Assembly: GCA_026025795.1 (NCBI GenBank)
Contig: JAPEUG010000161.1
Location: 1-35,292 of the forward strand
Length of the DNA stretch: 35,292 nucleotides
DNA from: Thelocarpon superellum
Lineage: Eukaryota
Direction: 5' to 3'
Positions 25,486 through 35,292 of the stretch are shown here, one piece after another. How positions within the stretch are numbered: position 1 is the stretch's first letter; every line of letters begins with the position of its first letter. A program made the translations under genes and the position numbers. The notes under the pieces are model-generated. The model had not been told where the DNA came from, made no database searches, and worked only from the letters and a program-made list of their open reading frames with translations.

Positions 25486-27278
25486 ATGTCGCCGCGTCCG
25501 AGTCTCCACTTGCCATGGGCCGCCGTATGGACGCTTCTTGGCTTTCTTGTCGGCGCCATGGGCCAGATCATGCCGAGTAACGACTCATCGCTCGACAATG
25601 ATGGCGCATATCACCTTGTCTGGTCAACGACGACCACCTCGAACTCGGGCACGGGCAGCACCCAGAACTACATCACTGCACCCATCGAGCCGCTGACGTT
25701 GCCTGCCGGCCTCGGCCAAGGACCTGCTTTCCTTCAGGTTTGTCCTCCTGCCCTCTTTCAGCTAGAAGCCATGGCTCATGCATGGCGGGTAGCAACTCAA
25801 CTTCACGGGCCCGTTGGTCTTCATCACTCCCCAGGACGTGTCTGGCCTGACCGAAGGCGACATTGCCTACCTCAGCTGCGAGAACTCCACCTTTGGGAGT
25901 GGTGACATGAACACCTTTTCCTTTTTCAAGACCGTTGTCGGACAGACTCCCGCGGCCATTGTCCTCTACAGCGTCGATGCCGACCATTGCAACTTCACCA
26001 CCACGGGCCCTCCCGACTCGCAACCCATAGTATACACTATGGCTGGCGCGAACTATTCGATGCGCCTAGAGAACGCGCTCAAATCGACCGTTTCCACCAA
26101 CGGAGAGGCCATGATCTCCAACAGCAGCGCCATGCCATTCACCGTCAACGCCAATGGCACCGCGAATGGCAATGCCTCGAGCAATGTCCTCGGTCCATCC
26201 CCCACCACGGCCGTGGCCATGATCATCCTCTACAGTATCACTGGCGTTATCACCGGCCTCTTCTTGATCATCATCATCACCGGCGCGGTGCGTGCGCACC
26301 GCCACCCAGAACGATACGGTCCGCGGCAAGGTGCTCTTGGTCGAACGCGCCAGAGCCGAGCCAAGGGCATTGCGCGGGCTATGCTGGAGACGATTCCAAT
26401 CGTCAAGTTTGGCGATCAGGAGGAAGTGAAACCCCATTCGGATGTTGAACTGGCCTCAGCCCGAGGCGAACGAGGGGTCGGAGAAGAAACAACAAATAAA
26501 GAGCGAGGGAACGGTGCTCCAAACGGTGGCCTGACTGGACAGGCCAGCTCGGAGGAAGGGGTCACCGCCGCTCCTGCGCCCGCGGACCAGACGAACGATG
26601 ACGACGCGCTACGGGGCATCGAACCGGCGCAAGAACGCCATGACCATGACGAAGACGAGTCGAGGAAAAAGGACGAGGGTCTTGGATGCTCCATCTGTAC
26701 CGAGGACTTTGTCAAGGGAGAAGATGTTCGGGTGTTACCGTGCAATCATAAGTATCACCCCGAGTGCATCGATCCCTGGCTTCTCAACGTGTCTGGTACA
26801 TGTCCGTTATGGTACGTGTCCGTTCCACTCCCCTCTTACGCCCGCTAACACAGTCAGTCGAATCGACCTCCGGCCTGATTCAAACATGGACAACGCGACG
26901 ACCGCGGTGGGACATAATCCAGTCATTAACGCAGACCCAGCCAACACCGAGGATTCGACTGCCACTGCTGCCGTGCCGGACACGGCGGAAGGACGACACC
27001 AACGAAACCGGATCGTGTCCTTCTTTGACCACCTCGGCATCAACCATCACTCCCGGCCGGAAGAGCGAATCGCGGCGCTGAGGAGGCTACGATATGAGAA
27101 CCGCACGTCCGACGAAGGAGAATCCAATCCAGGGAGACGAGCTCGTCTTAGCGGCGTCATCCGTGGCTCCTTCCGACGACGCAGTCGAGTCGGCGCGCCC
27201 GGGGAGCATTCAGAGGATTTCATGCCGGGGGTACCGGAAGTGCCGGAAGTGAACTCAACCGGACCGCATGCCACATAG
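25486..27278 (+). CDS. Membrane RING-H2 E3 ubiquitin ligase (signal peptide, PA-like lumenal region, TM, RING-H2; about 563 aa)
   Basis: Exons 25486-25737, 25793-26811, 26858-27278. TM AVAMIILYSITGVITGLFLIIIITGA, RAHRHPERYGPR, SRAKGIARAMLETIPIVKF, and RING CSICTEDF...LPCNHKYHPECIDPWLL...CPLC, whose last Cys is formed across the splice junction. Confidence 0.9.
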
Positions 27279-28004
27279 TGGAATGTACACTGCCATCTTC
27301 CCCATCCATCCGACTTCAGCCTTCCTCTGCACCTTACCTGCATTCTCTACGTGGACTACGAACATGAGATCATCTTCATCTTGCATTTTTCTTCACTATG
27401 GTCCCCATTCACCATATACATCAGCAACCTGTACGATCTTCAGAGCGAAACGGAAAGGGGGGCAACTGAGGGCGGTCGCACATGGGGATGGCGTTCGTTT
27501 CGCGTTTTGTTTCTCCCCTTTATCGAGCGGGCACGGCAAGGCGCTTTTCATTGCAGGTGGACTGAGGTGGATCAACGCGGATTGACACGGAGCGAACGTG
27601 GATGGGTTGGCTATGATATACGCGGGCTACCCTATTCATGATCGCAGCACTCCCATCGCTTTTATCGCTCCACTTACCCACTACCTACCTGCCTACGTGC
27701 TTACTTGACTGATAACTCTTCCACTTGCTCTGAGTCGATTCGGTCCACTGCAACTCCACCAAAGACCACCCTGCTATACCTAGAGGACCGTCTGATATGG
27801 TGCTGGTAGACGAATCACTGAACGGATGAGAGCGGATGAGTGCGAATGAGCCAATGGCCATTGAGGAGGAGGATAAGAAACATGTGAATAGTCATAAGCT
27901 GAAAACAAGTCGCCGAATAATCTCACTTCCTCTACTTCTTTCCTTGCGACCATTCCCTCTTTCTCTTTCTTCTTCTACTTGCGTGCTTGTTTCCTAGAGT
28001 GATC

Positions 28005-28036
28005 ACATTCACGGATACATTCACGGATACATTCAC
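28005..28036. repeat. Short tandem repeat (ACATTCACGGAT) x2.7
   Basis: Read directly from the sequence, between the convergent RING and SDR genes. Confidence 0.8.
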
Positions 28037-28152
28037 TATAACCATCACAGTTGTTGTCACACCTGACCGTGTCTCCAATCGAGGCAAGAAGGAACAAGAG
28101 GAAGAGGAAAGAAAGAAGACAGTGAAAGCAGTAACCGTAAAGGTGGCGGGCG

Positions 28153-29559
28153 CTACACGCCCTTCTTCGCGTTCTTCTCAGAAGCCTTCACAAGCGCCGC
28201 TAGACGATTCATACCGAAGATGCGAGGGAAGATGTAGTCCTATCGCCCTGTTAGCTCCGTCTCTCCGCCTTTCCTTCTCTGCTCTTCTCGAACTGGGTCG
28301 GAGGAATAACGTAGGGGATTCAGAGACTTGGTCAGGGGCAGCTGAACGTGTGGCTGATACGTAACGGCGAAGAGTGAGAAGGAAGAATACACACCCAGAT
28401 CGTAATAGGGAACAATAGATTCAAAAAGTAAACAAGCCAGATCTTGCCCCCGCCCCACGACAGGACAGGAGGCGAGGTTCGAAGCACTTTGCGCACGACG
28501 TCGCGCGCGTACGTCTCCGCTGGCATGGCACCCTCTTGGCTGAATTTGATTCGCCGTTGGTACTCCGTATTCACTGGGTGGTAGAGGGAGTCTTTTGGGG
28601 GGTCAGACGTCAATGGTGGAGAATCTAGAGGCAAAGCTGGAGGAGCCGCCCAGACGTACGTACCGGCGGGTAAATTGCGGTCGGTACGCGCGATTCGGCT
28701 TTGCACGCCGCCTGTCACCATCACCATGACTTTGACACTGCATGGAGAGTGGCTTGAGTCAACGTATCCTTTTCAACGGTGACTTTGAGTTCGGACCGAT
28801 GCTCACCCGAATGGCGCCAGCTCAAGCCTCATGGTGGTAGAGTAGGCGTGGAGGGCGGCCTTGGTTGCATTGTACGTTGCTATGGTTGTGGCTTGCGTCA
28901 GTCGCTGAACCACATTCCAGAGGGCATGTTACGGTAGGATGGATGGCTTCCCACCTCCGAAGATGAACGGCATGTACGCTGCCACCGAGCCAATCTGGAG
29001 AATGGTTCCCTTGGCTTGGATGAGCAGAGGCGCAAAGGCCTGGCACATCCTCATGACGCCAAAGACGTTGGTCTCGAAGGTGTTCTGCACCTCGTCAAAG
29101 TCCAGGTCCAGCGCAGGCACCGTGTAGTTGCGTCCGGCATTGTTGACCAGGACGTCGAGCTTTCCCCCTGTCAGCGTCTCCACCGCGGCCTTGACCTCTC
29201 GTACGCTCTCCGCTGAGTTCACGTCCAGGCTGAGTGTCTCCATTCCCGCCCCGGCCAGGTCGGCCAGGACATCCTTGGAGCGCGCTGTCGCGAAGACGCG
29301 AAGACCTGGGCACGTGGGACGTATGATCAGCCTCCCGCGCTTCGTTTTCAATCGCATCTCCATTGCCTTTGTACACCCATTCACTTCGTAGTCACTTTGC
29401 GTCTCGCTCACTCACCCTTGGAATGGAACTCTCGGCAGAGAGCGTGCCCGATACCTCCAGGGGAGCATCTGCGGTAGGGTCAATGTCTGCTTCCAGATCC
29501 ATCCTCCCCTGCCAGAGCTCGTACCCGGTGATGAGGACGGTTTTCTTAGTCGTGGTCAT
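28153..29559 (-). CDS. AYR1: Short-chain dehydrogenase, NADPH-dependent 1-acyl-DHAP reductase-like (about 289 aa)
   Basis: Exons 29559-29525, 29468-29416, 29305-28955, 28879-28807, 28737-28664, 28591-28395, 28239-28153. Motifs VLITGCSPGGIGHAL, VFATAR, GKLDVLVNNAG, FETNVFG, catalytic YNATK, RLELAPFGVKV, SLY. Confidence 0.88.
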
Positions 29560-30754
29560 TGCACGTCAACGGATCAACCTGTATCCGAGCTGATGCTTCT
29601 ATTCCGGAATATCTTTGGCATCGATGAGCGTGGTGATTTGCTGGCTCGGTTGTGCTTGATGCTCTTACTGGAGTCGCACGGCGCGGGCCAACCAGCTGGT
29701 TGCCCCTCATCGAGAGTGACTACCGAGGCGGAGCTGATTCCTAATCAGATATACTCACAGCATGAGCGAGTGCAGATACCACAATGGATGCTCTTGACAT
29801 CCATACGTGATTACAGAGAGGCTACAACAACGGCTGTGAGCCATGGTACGTCGGCGAAATCCTGGACTCAACCTGCACTGTTGTCTGCAACATGACTTGC
29901 GTGCGACGATCCATTACCAAGTGGACCTTGGAGGAGCTTGCCGGTCTGAGCATGAGCGTTCAGCGTTCACGGAATGGGACTCTTCAGAGCGCACCTATCA
30001 GATCCTTGTAAAGACCGACGCAGTGCACCTCCGACCGCTGCAGCTTGGGACAAGCATATCCCGGCTTGGAAGACGGAGGATGTCGCGCTCGGATCCTAGC
30101 AGTTCTCGTGTAGCTGATCATGATGGCTGCCGACCTTACTCCGAGCTCCGACGTCATTGGACGAGTGTCCAAGACTCTCCCTTCCTCCAAGACGAAGCTA
30201 AGGCGCACGGCAGCTGGCCCGCCGTGGCTCGCCATCCTCTGCTCTCGGTGTAGTCGAGGCCGAAGACGCTATATCACGGCGGGATGTGGGCAAGACATGT
30301 TCGCTACTCGTCCGCCAGCCTCATCGCTCTCGGATCCATCGGTGGAAGCGCGATCTACCCTATCCAAGTCTAGCAGCCAGACGTCGACAATTGCGTGATC
30401 GTGGGTCACTTGCTCGCGACGACCCCACCTTAATCGCCGATTGTGTCTTTCCACTCAAATCATGACCACTCTCCACGAGCCGGGCGTGGGCTTGACCACG
30501 GCGCATGCAGGCTGAAGTCGTGGTGGTCCATTTGTACGATCTAGGCCCCCAAGCCCACACCATCTACCGCCACCATTTCGTAGTTTCTCTCCAGATCCGT
30601 GCTGTTCGTCGTCGCGACAGCGAGGCCGCTTGTTCCTTTCGCGCACCACGCTCCTCCAGCCTAGGCATCGCCCGCCCGGCCGCGTGGCCGCACGCGGTCA
30701 TCGACCGCTCTAAGTGGAGTAGCGTCACGCAGGAGAATCACGTCGTTGGAGCCG

Positions 30755-30762
30755 TATAAATA
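30755..30762 (+). promoter_or_regulatory. TATA box (TATAAATA) upstream of the carbonic anhydrase
   Basis: Consensus TATAWAWR about 190 nt upstream of the ATG at 30946. Confidence 0.55.
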
Positions 30763-30945
30763 GAGAGGATGGGTCCATCGACCGAGGTGGAGATTATATA
30801 CCAGTGCCGTCCGATTCATAGTTCCAAGTACATCACTGACATCACATACTATACGTCTTTACCTTCTCTCCCGCATTGACATCATTCACTGTGTCCCTTC
30901 ATTCCTAGAGTAAGATACTCATCAAGAAGCACCATCCTCCTCACA

Positions 30946-31633
30946 ATGGCCACTCCCGTACAGAGCAACCTGATCGCCAAAAACAAAGAATACGTGTCGA
31001 GCTTCGCCCACGGATCGCTTGCGCTGCCTCCGGCCAAGAAATACCTGGTCGTCACCTGCATGGACGCGCGCATCGATCCCGCCGCGGCCTTTGGAATCTC
31101 GCTTGGCGACGCGCACGTCATTCGCAACGCCGGCGGTAGCGCGAAGGACGGGCTACGGAGCATCCTGATTTCCGAGCAGCTCCTCGGCACCAAGGAGGTG
31201 TTGATTGTGAAGCACACCGGTGAGCGAGCGCTCACAGTCGTCCGTGGACCTCCTCTAGTGGGCACCGCTGATGCCACCGCCCAGGATGTGGCATGCTCAC
31301 GTTCCAAAATGCGGACGCCCAGGCGATTGTGAAGAAGAATCTCGGCGACGAGGCCGCGGCCGAGACACAGCACTTGGATTGGCTTCCCTTCGGAAGGTCC
31401 GTGTACCCATCACGACACCTACCTACCTTTCCCCCTCCTTCCCCTGTTGCGTACCCTCGACGGGGCGCCGGTTGGTCTAGAGAGGCTGATTCCATCTTCA
31501 TGACAGTCTCGAGACGGCCACTCGCGACGACATTGCATTTCTCAAATCACAAAAGACCATCCCCAAGGACATCGTCATCAGCGGATGGATCTACGACGTG
31601 ACGACGGGAGCAGTGAAGGAGGTGTCTGCGTGA
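30946..31633 (+). CDS. Beta-class carbonic anhydrase, short clade-D type (170 aa)
   Basis: Exons 30946-31219, 31285-31396, 31507-31633. Zn ligands in TCMDARID (CxDxR) and KHTGCGM (HxxC); also HVIRNAGG, ISEQLLGT, SGWIYDVTTG. Confidence 0.93.
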
Positions 31634-32677
31634 AGGGATTTGGCGAAAATTGGTCGCATGAAGGTGCATCAAGGGCTGTATGGCGTGAGGCGGACGAGGA
31701 GGAGGGTAACTGGAGTCGATCGAAAGGAGGGCGAGCGATGGATGATACCATATTGACGCCCGGTTGTCGTTTGAGTCCGAAGGGCAATCCATTGACGAAT
31801 CGAGCTGATTATCCTCCACAGCGACCCGGTGGTTGCTTGGCTATAAGCGAAGAAGGCCCGTAGCCCCTGTAGTCCTTCACTTGCATGTCTGTGCAATCTG
31901 TGCAACGAACCAGCTCGAATTCGCCAGGATGGAACTCATGTTAGCCGAACCAGCGGCAGGTGACTCAACTCCAACGTCCCCGACCCTTTCTTCTGGCTAC
32001 AGGCTGTATTCACCGAAGAAGGCACCTGTTTTTGGTCCATCGACAGGGAGCTGGAAGTACTTCGGGTAGCCACCTGTGCTTGGATCTACGGCCGCGGCGG
32101 ACCGGCGATCACCAATCCGCTTCAGGTGGCTTGCCCGAGCTCGAGCTTTCATGGACGCGCCCGCTTCACTACTCACTACTCAAGATTACGCGGACCTTGC
32201 CAGACTCGTAGGTACTGACGCACCCCGAAAACTAGGCTGGAGATGGGTGGTCTATTCTACGGAAGCTATCCGTCGTTCTGATTTACAGCTATGGTGGATC
32301 ACGTGCGGCGGCTTAGTCAGAAGCCTCGAGCTCCCGTATGGAGCGTCCACAGTACGTGTCCGCTCTCGACTCTGGCGTGGGCGCCCGAGCGCGTGTCGCC
32401 GGCGACAAACAGTCAGTTACAGGCCTTAACGATTCATTACATATACCCGTTTGTGGCCAACTATGACGTTACGTAGATTGGTGGTATTGATATTGATAAC
32501 AATATCGCGTCGGTAAAGATCCACAGCCTATCGTGGGGCATCGAGAAAGAGAAAGAGACCGTATCCCTGCCCAAACCCACCCGATTTGTCGAGATCATCC
32601 CAGTCGTCCCGAATCCTGCCAAACCTTCCATTCTAGCCAATCGCCCAATCTCGCAGTTGCCCAACGTTCCAAAACCC

Positions 32678-32711
32678 CCCAAAGTCCCAAAGTCCCAAAG
32701 TCCCAAGTCCC
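32678..32711. repeat. Tandem repeat (AAAGTCCC) x~4
   Basis: cccAAAGTCCC AAAGTCCC AAAGTCCC AAGTCCC read directly from the sequence. Confidence 0.8.
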
Positions 32712-33032
32712 GATACCCATCCACCTGCTCCCGCCCCGTCTCGAATCCGACTCGAGATCATCTACGTAGCTTTGGAGAGCGCCTGAGCGACCGACATATC
32801 CCCTTCAAGAGCCCCTTTTTGATCCTTCCGCCACCCATGAATGCTCATACCGTCTCAAAGCCGGTCTATCTCTCGTGTGAGAGAGCGAGATCAACGTAGT
32901 CTGGTCTAGTCCAGCGAAATCGAAGGCGAACAGGAAAAGCTGGCGACTGAGATGAAAACAGTCTCGTGGTGAGTCGATCCGACTGCCACGGACCATTGTG
33001 TCCGTCAGAATGGAAGAAGACCGTCCGTGGCG

Positions 33033-34188
33033 TTACCACCTGTCGTGGTAGCTCGAATGCTGCGAGACTCCAGTCTCATAGCGAGGTTGACGAGGGATAG
33101 GAGGTTGCAGACTCTGTCGTGAGCTCGTCCGGGCGTTTTCTCGACTGCTTCGCTGGCTGTCGCGATCGCTGTGGCTATGACCGCTGCCGTGATACGGAGA
33201 TCGCTCTCCGAGGGGTCGTTCGAGGCCCTTTGGTCCTTCTTCGAGCGCGCGCTGGTATTGCTTTAATGCGACCTGATCGGCTGACATGCCCGCCGTGTCC
33301 GACGCCGACCGCCGTGGCGGGGAAAGACCTGCGCTCCGAGGCGGGTCCACGTACCCGCGACGCAACTCATCCCCCGCAAAGGAGGCGGGAGATGAGACGG
33401 ACGGACGCAGGCTACCACCCAGCTCCGCGTAACTGGGCCCGGAGAAAGGCGGCGTGATCATGGTGCCTTGAGAACGCGAGCCTTCACCGAGCGGCGAGCG
33501 CAGAGCCTGCGTGGTGTCAAAGTGCTCCGGTAACGCTCTGGATCGCATCATCCGTTCACGGTCATCGCTCGTCATCCGTTTTAATTTGGCCCGTCTACGT
33601 CCGTGTCAGTGAGGGTCACGGTCGAGAGCAACGCCTGCGAGAAGAACTCTACCTATTCTGGAACCATACTTGTACTTGACGGGGACTGAGCCCCGGGATC
33701 TCTCGCGAGAGCCGTTCCCGGTGTGCGGCGTCCGGATGAGCCTGCCGGGCGAACTCGCTCATGAGGAAACGCGTTTGGTTGTGCGTGAGTCTGGGTAAAA
33801 ACGGTCAGCCGGAATGAACCACCACCTTCCTTCACCATTTCAGCTACCTGAACCGTTTCATCTTCGTCCGGTCGCCGCCATGCCGGGAGGAATGAGACCC
33901 GTGATCATCGTCATCTTCCTCGGCCTCATCGTACTCGCCCTCGTCCTCTCCTTCGGGAGACGGGGCGCCCGGAGAACCCGGACTCGTCGAGGTGGACCGG
34001 TTGAAAGACGTAACATCTAGGCCGTGGGGTCGACGCAGGTCGTGCGTTTGCTGGGACGTCGACATGTACGCTGCGCCGTAGCCGATGTTGGGGTTGCTGG
34101 TGACGCCGTGCGGGTACCGGCGGAAATCCACCGCGTCCAAGTCTTGATATGAGCCCTCCGACGGCCCGGCGCTGGTGTACTGAAACAT
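33033..34188 (-). CDS. Homeobox transcription factor (about 346 aa; both ends less certain)
   Basis: Exons 34188-33848, 33790-33653, 33594-33033. Homeodomain KMKRFRLTHNQTRFLMSEFARQAHPDAAHRERLSREIPGLSPRQVQVWFQNRRAKLKR, preceded by an acidic stretch. Confidence 0.9.
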
Positions 34189-35023
34189 GCTGCCCCAACA
34201 CGCGTGCCTCCAGAAGGCCGCGGTCGAGCGAGCCGAGCGACGATTGACCGGCGTGACGGGTCCGTGAGGTGGCACCGGGGCCCGGGGGAGAAAGTGAGAC
34301 AATGTTACGTGCGATCGTCTCAGGTACACCAGACGGAGTCCGGCGGGTAATTATGGCCACGCTTTGTCAACCACACGGAGCGCGGGACGACGTCAGCGAG
34401 GCTGGCAGAGGGCCCAGGTGCACTGGTGGTAGGCTCGCGCCAAGCGTGTCACGACCCTGGGACGCGGTGGCCGGAAGTAAAGAGCAAGCCAGAGCACATC
34501 CAATCGGTGGTGCCATTCGACGGAGGAACGGGCTCGGCGATCCTAGCCGGGCCAACACCGTCCTTGCGCGAGGGGCGACGACTTGCAACGGCGACGTTTT
34601 ATAAACAGCAGCCGAAGCTGATGGGATACCCCTCCCCATGGTATCCCAGGCCCGGCAGGCCGTGACCCGCCCCCCTCAAGCTGGAGTGTGATGGTGGGAG
34701 CATCCGTGGACCGAGCATCGGCCGGTCGGCATTGGACGGTGGGACCATGGACGACAACGTCTGGTAACGAAAACGCGCCAGGCGCCAGTGGCACCTTGTA
34801 AATCTTGTTGACGACTCCTCTCCGTGGCTGACCCAGCGCCCACCACCCCGAACGGACTAGCGGTCCCAGCGCCTTCGTTCGGATGGGTCTTCGGGCAGCA
34901 TTAGCATTAGGGTCGAGAGGGAGCTTGGTCCACTCGTTCGAGGATTAGTACTAGTAGCGGTGCTGTAGGGTCCGCTCCCGCTGCTTCAAGGCCGACGCGA
35001 GGTGTGGAGTCGCAAGGGACGCG

Positions 35024-35121
35024 GGCGCGGAGCAGCGGGGCGCGGAGCAGCGAGGCGCGCCGCGTTGCATATGGAGCTTGTGGAGTAGGTGGAGCAGGTG
35101 GAGCAGGTAGAGCATGTGGAA
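35024..35121. repeat. Two short tandem repeats: 15-mer GGCGCGGAGCAGCGR x~2.4 and 9-mer TGGAGCAGG x~4.5
   Basis: Read directly at 35024-35059 and 35081-35121, upstream of the homeobox gene. Confidence 0.7.
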
Positions 35122-35292
35122 GGGATCATCAATTGCTGCTCCCACCGTCTTCCCCCTGCTGCTTTGGGGCTAGGCACGGCTCTGTGCGCTGCCCTTGTGC
35201 CCTGGAACGAGCGCCCACTGGAGGGAGCATCGCACGCGAGCGACTTACTTGCCCTTGCCCTTGCCCATGCCCACACATTCATATTGTACCAT

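Noticed and set aside
28240..28394. Stwintron (nested intron) in the long AYR1, XPT1 or PLPBP introns
   Set aside because: Removing the candidate internal introns does not rebuild a credible donor for an outer intron.
32678..32711. AAAGTCCC repeat as an interstitial telomere or CRISPR-like array
   Set aside because: The unit is not TTAGGG-like, has no spacers and has only about 4 copies.
25486..34188. RING, SDR, carbonic anhydrase and homeobox genes as a functional cluster
   Set aside because: They share no pathway and there is no backbone enzyme or transporter; this looks like ordinary gene order.

Overview
GC-rich eukaryotic DNA from a filamentous ascomycete (Pezizomycotina-type short introns with GTRNGY donors, CTRAC/CTAAY branch points and YAG acceptors). 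I rebuilt 12 spliced protein-coding genes by hand, and their exon sums stay in frame: succinyl-CoA ligase beta (runs off the left edge), a DUF3245-like protein, an Sfl1-type HSF transcription factor, xanthine/hypoxanthine phosphoribosyltransferase, a Crd2-like metallothionein, AP-2 alpha adaptin, a PLP-homeostasis protein, an EF-hand MscS channel, a PA-TM-RING-H2 E3 ligase, an Ayr1-like SDR, a clade-D-type beta-carbonic anhydrase and a homeobox factor. A pseudogene of a secreted SMP-30/gluconolactonase-like beta-propeller (7115-8421) is split over several frames and is not visible as a single ORF in the track. I found no tRNA, rRNA, transposon or CRISPR, and no clear multi-gene novel system; this is mostly a housekeeping neighbourhood. 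The best leads are the pseudogene, an obligatory GC-AG intron after a 14-nt microexon, competing 'poison' 3' splice sites in the XPT1 and PLPBP introns, a CCAAT/HapX-like motif cluster upstream of the metallothionein, and the possible COS-hydrolase role of the carbonic anhydrase. All family calls come from motif recognition, not database searches.
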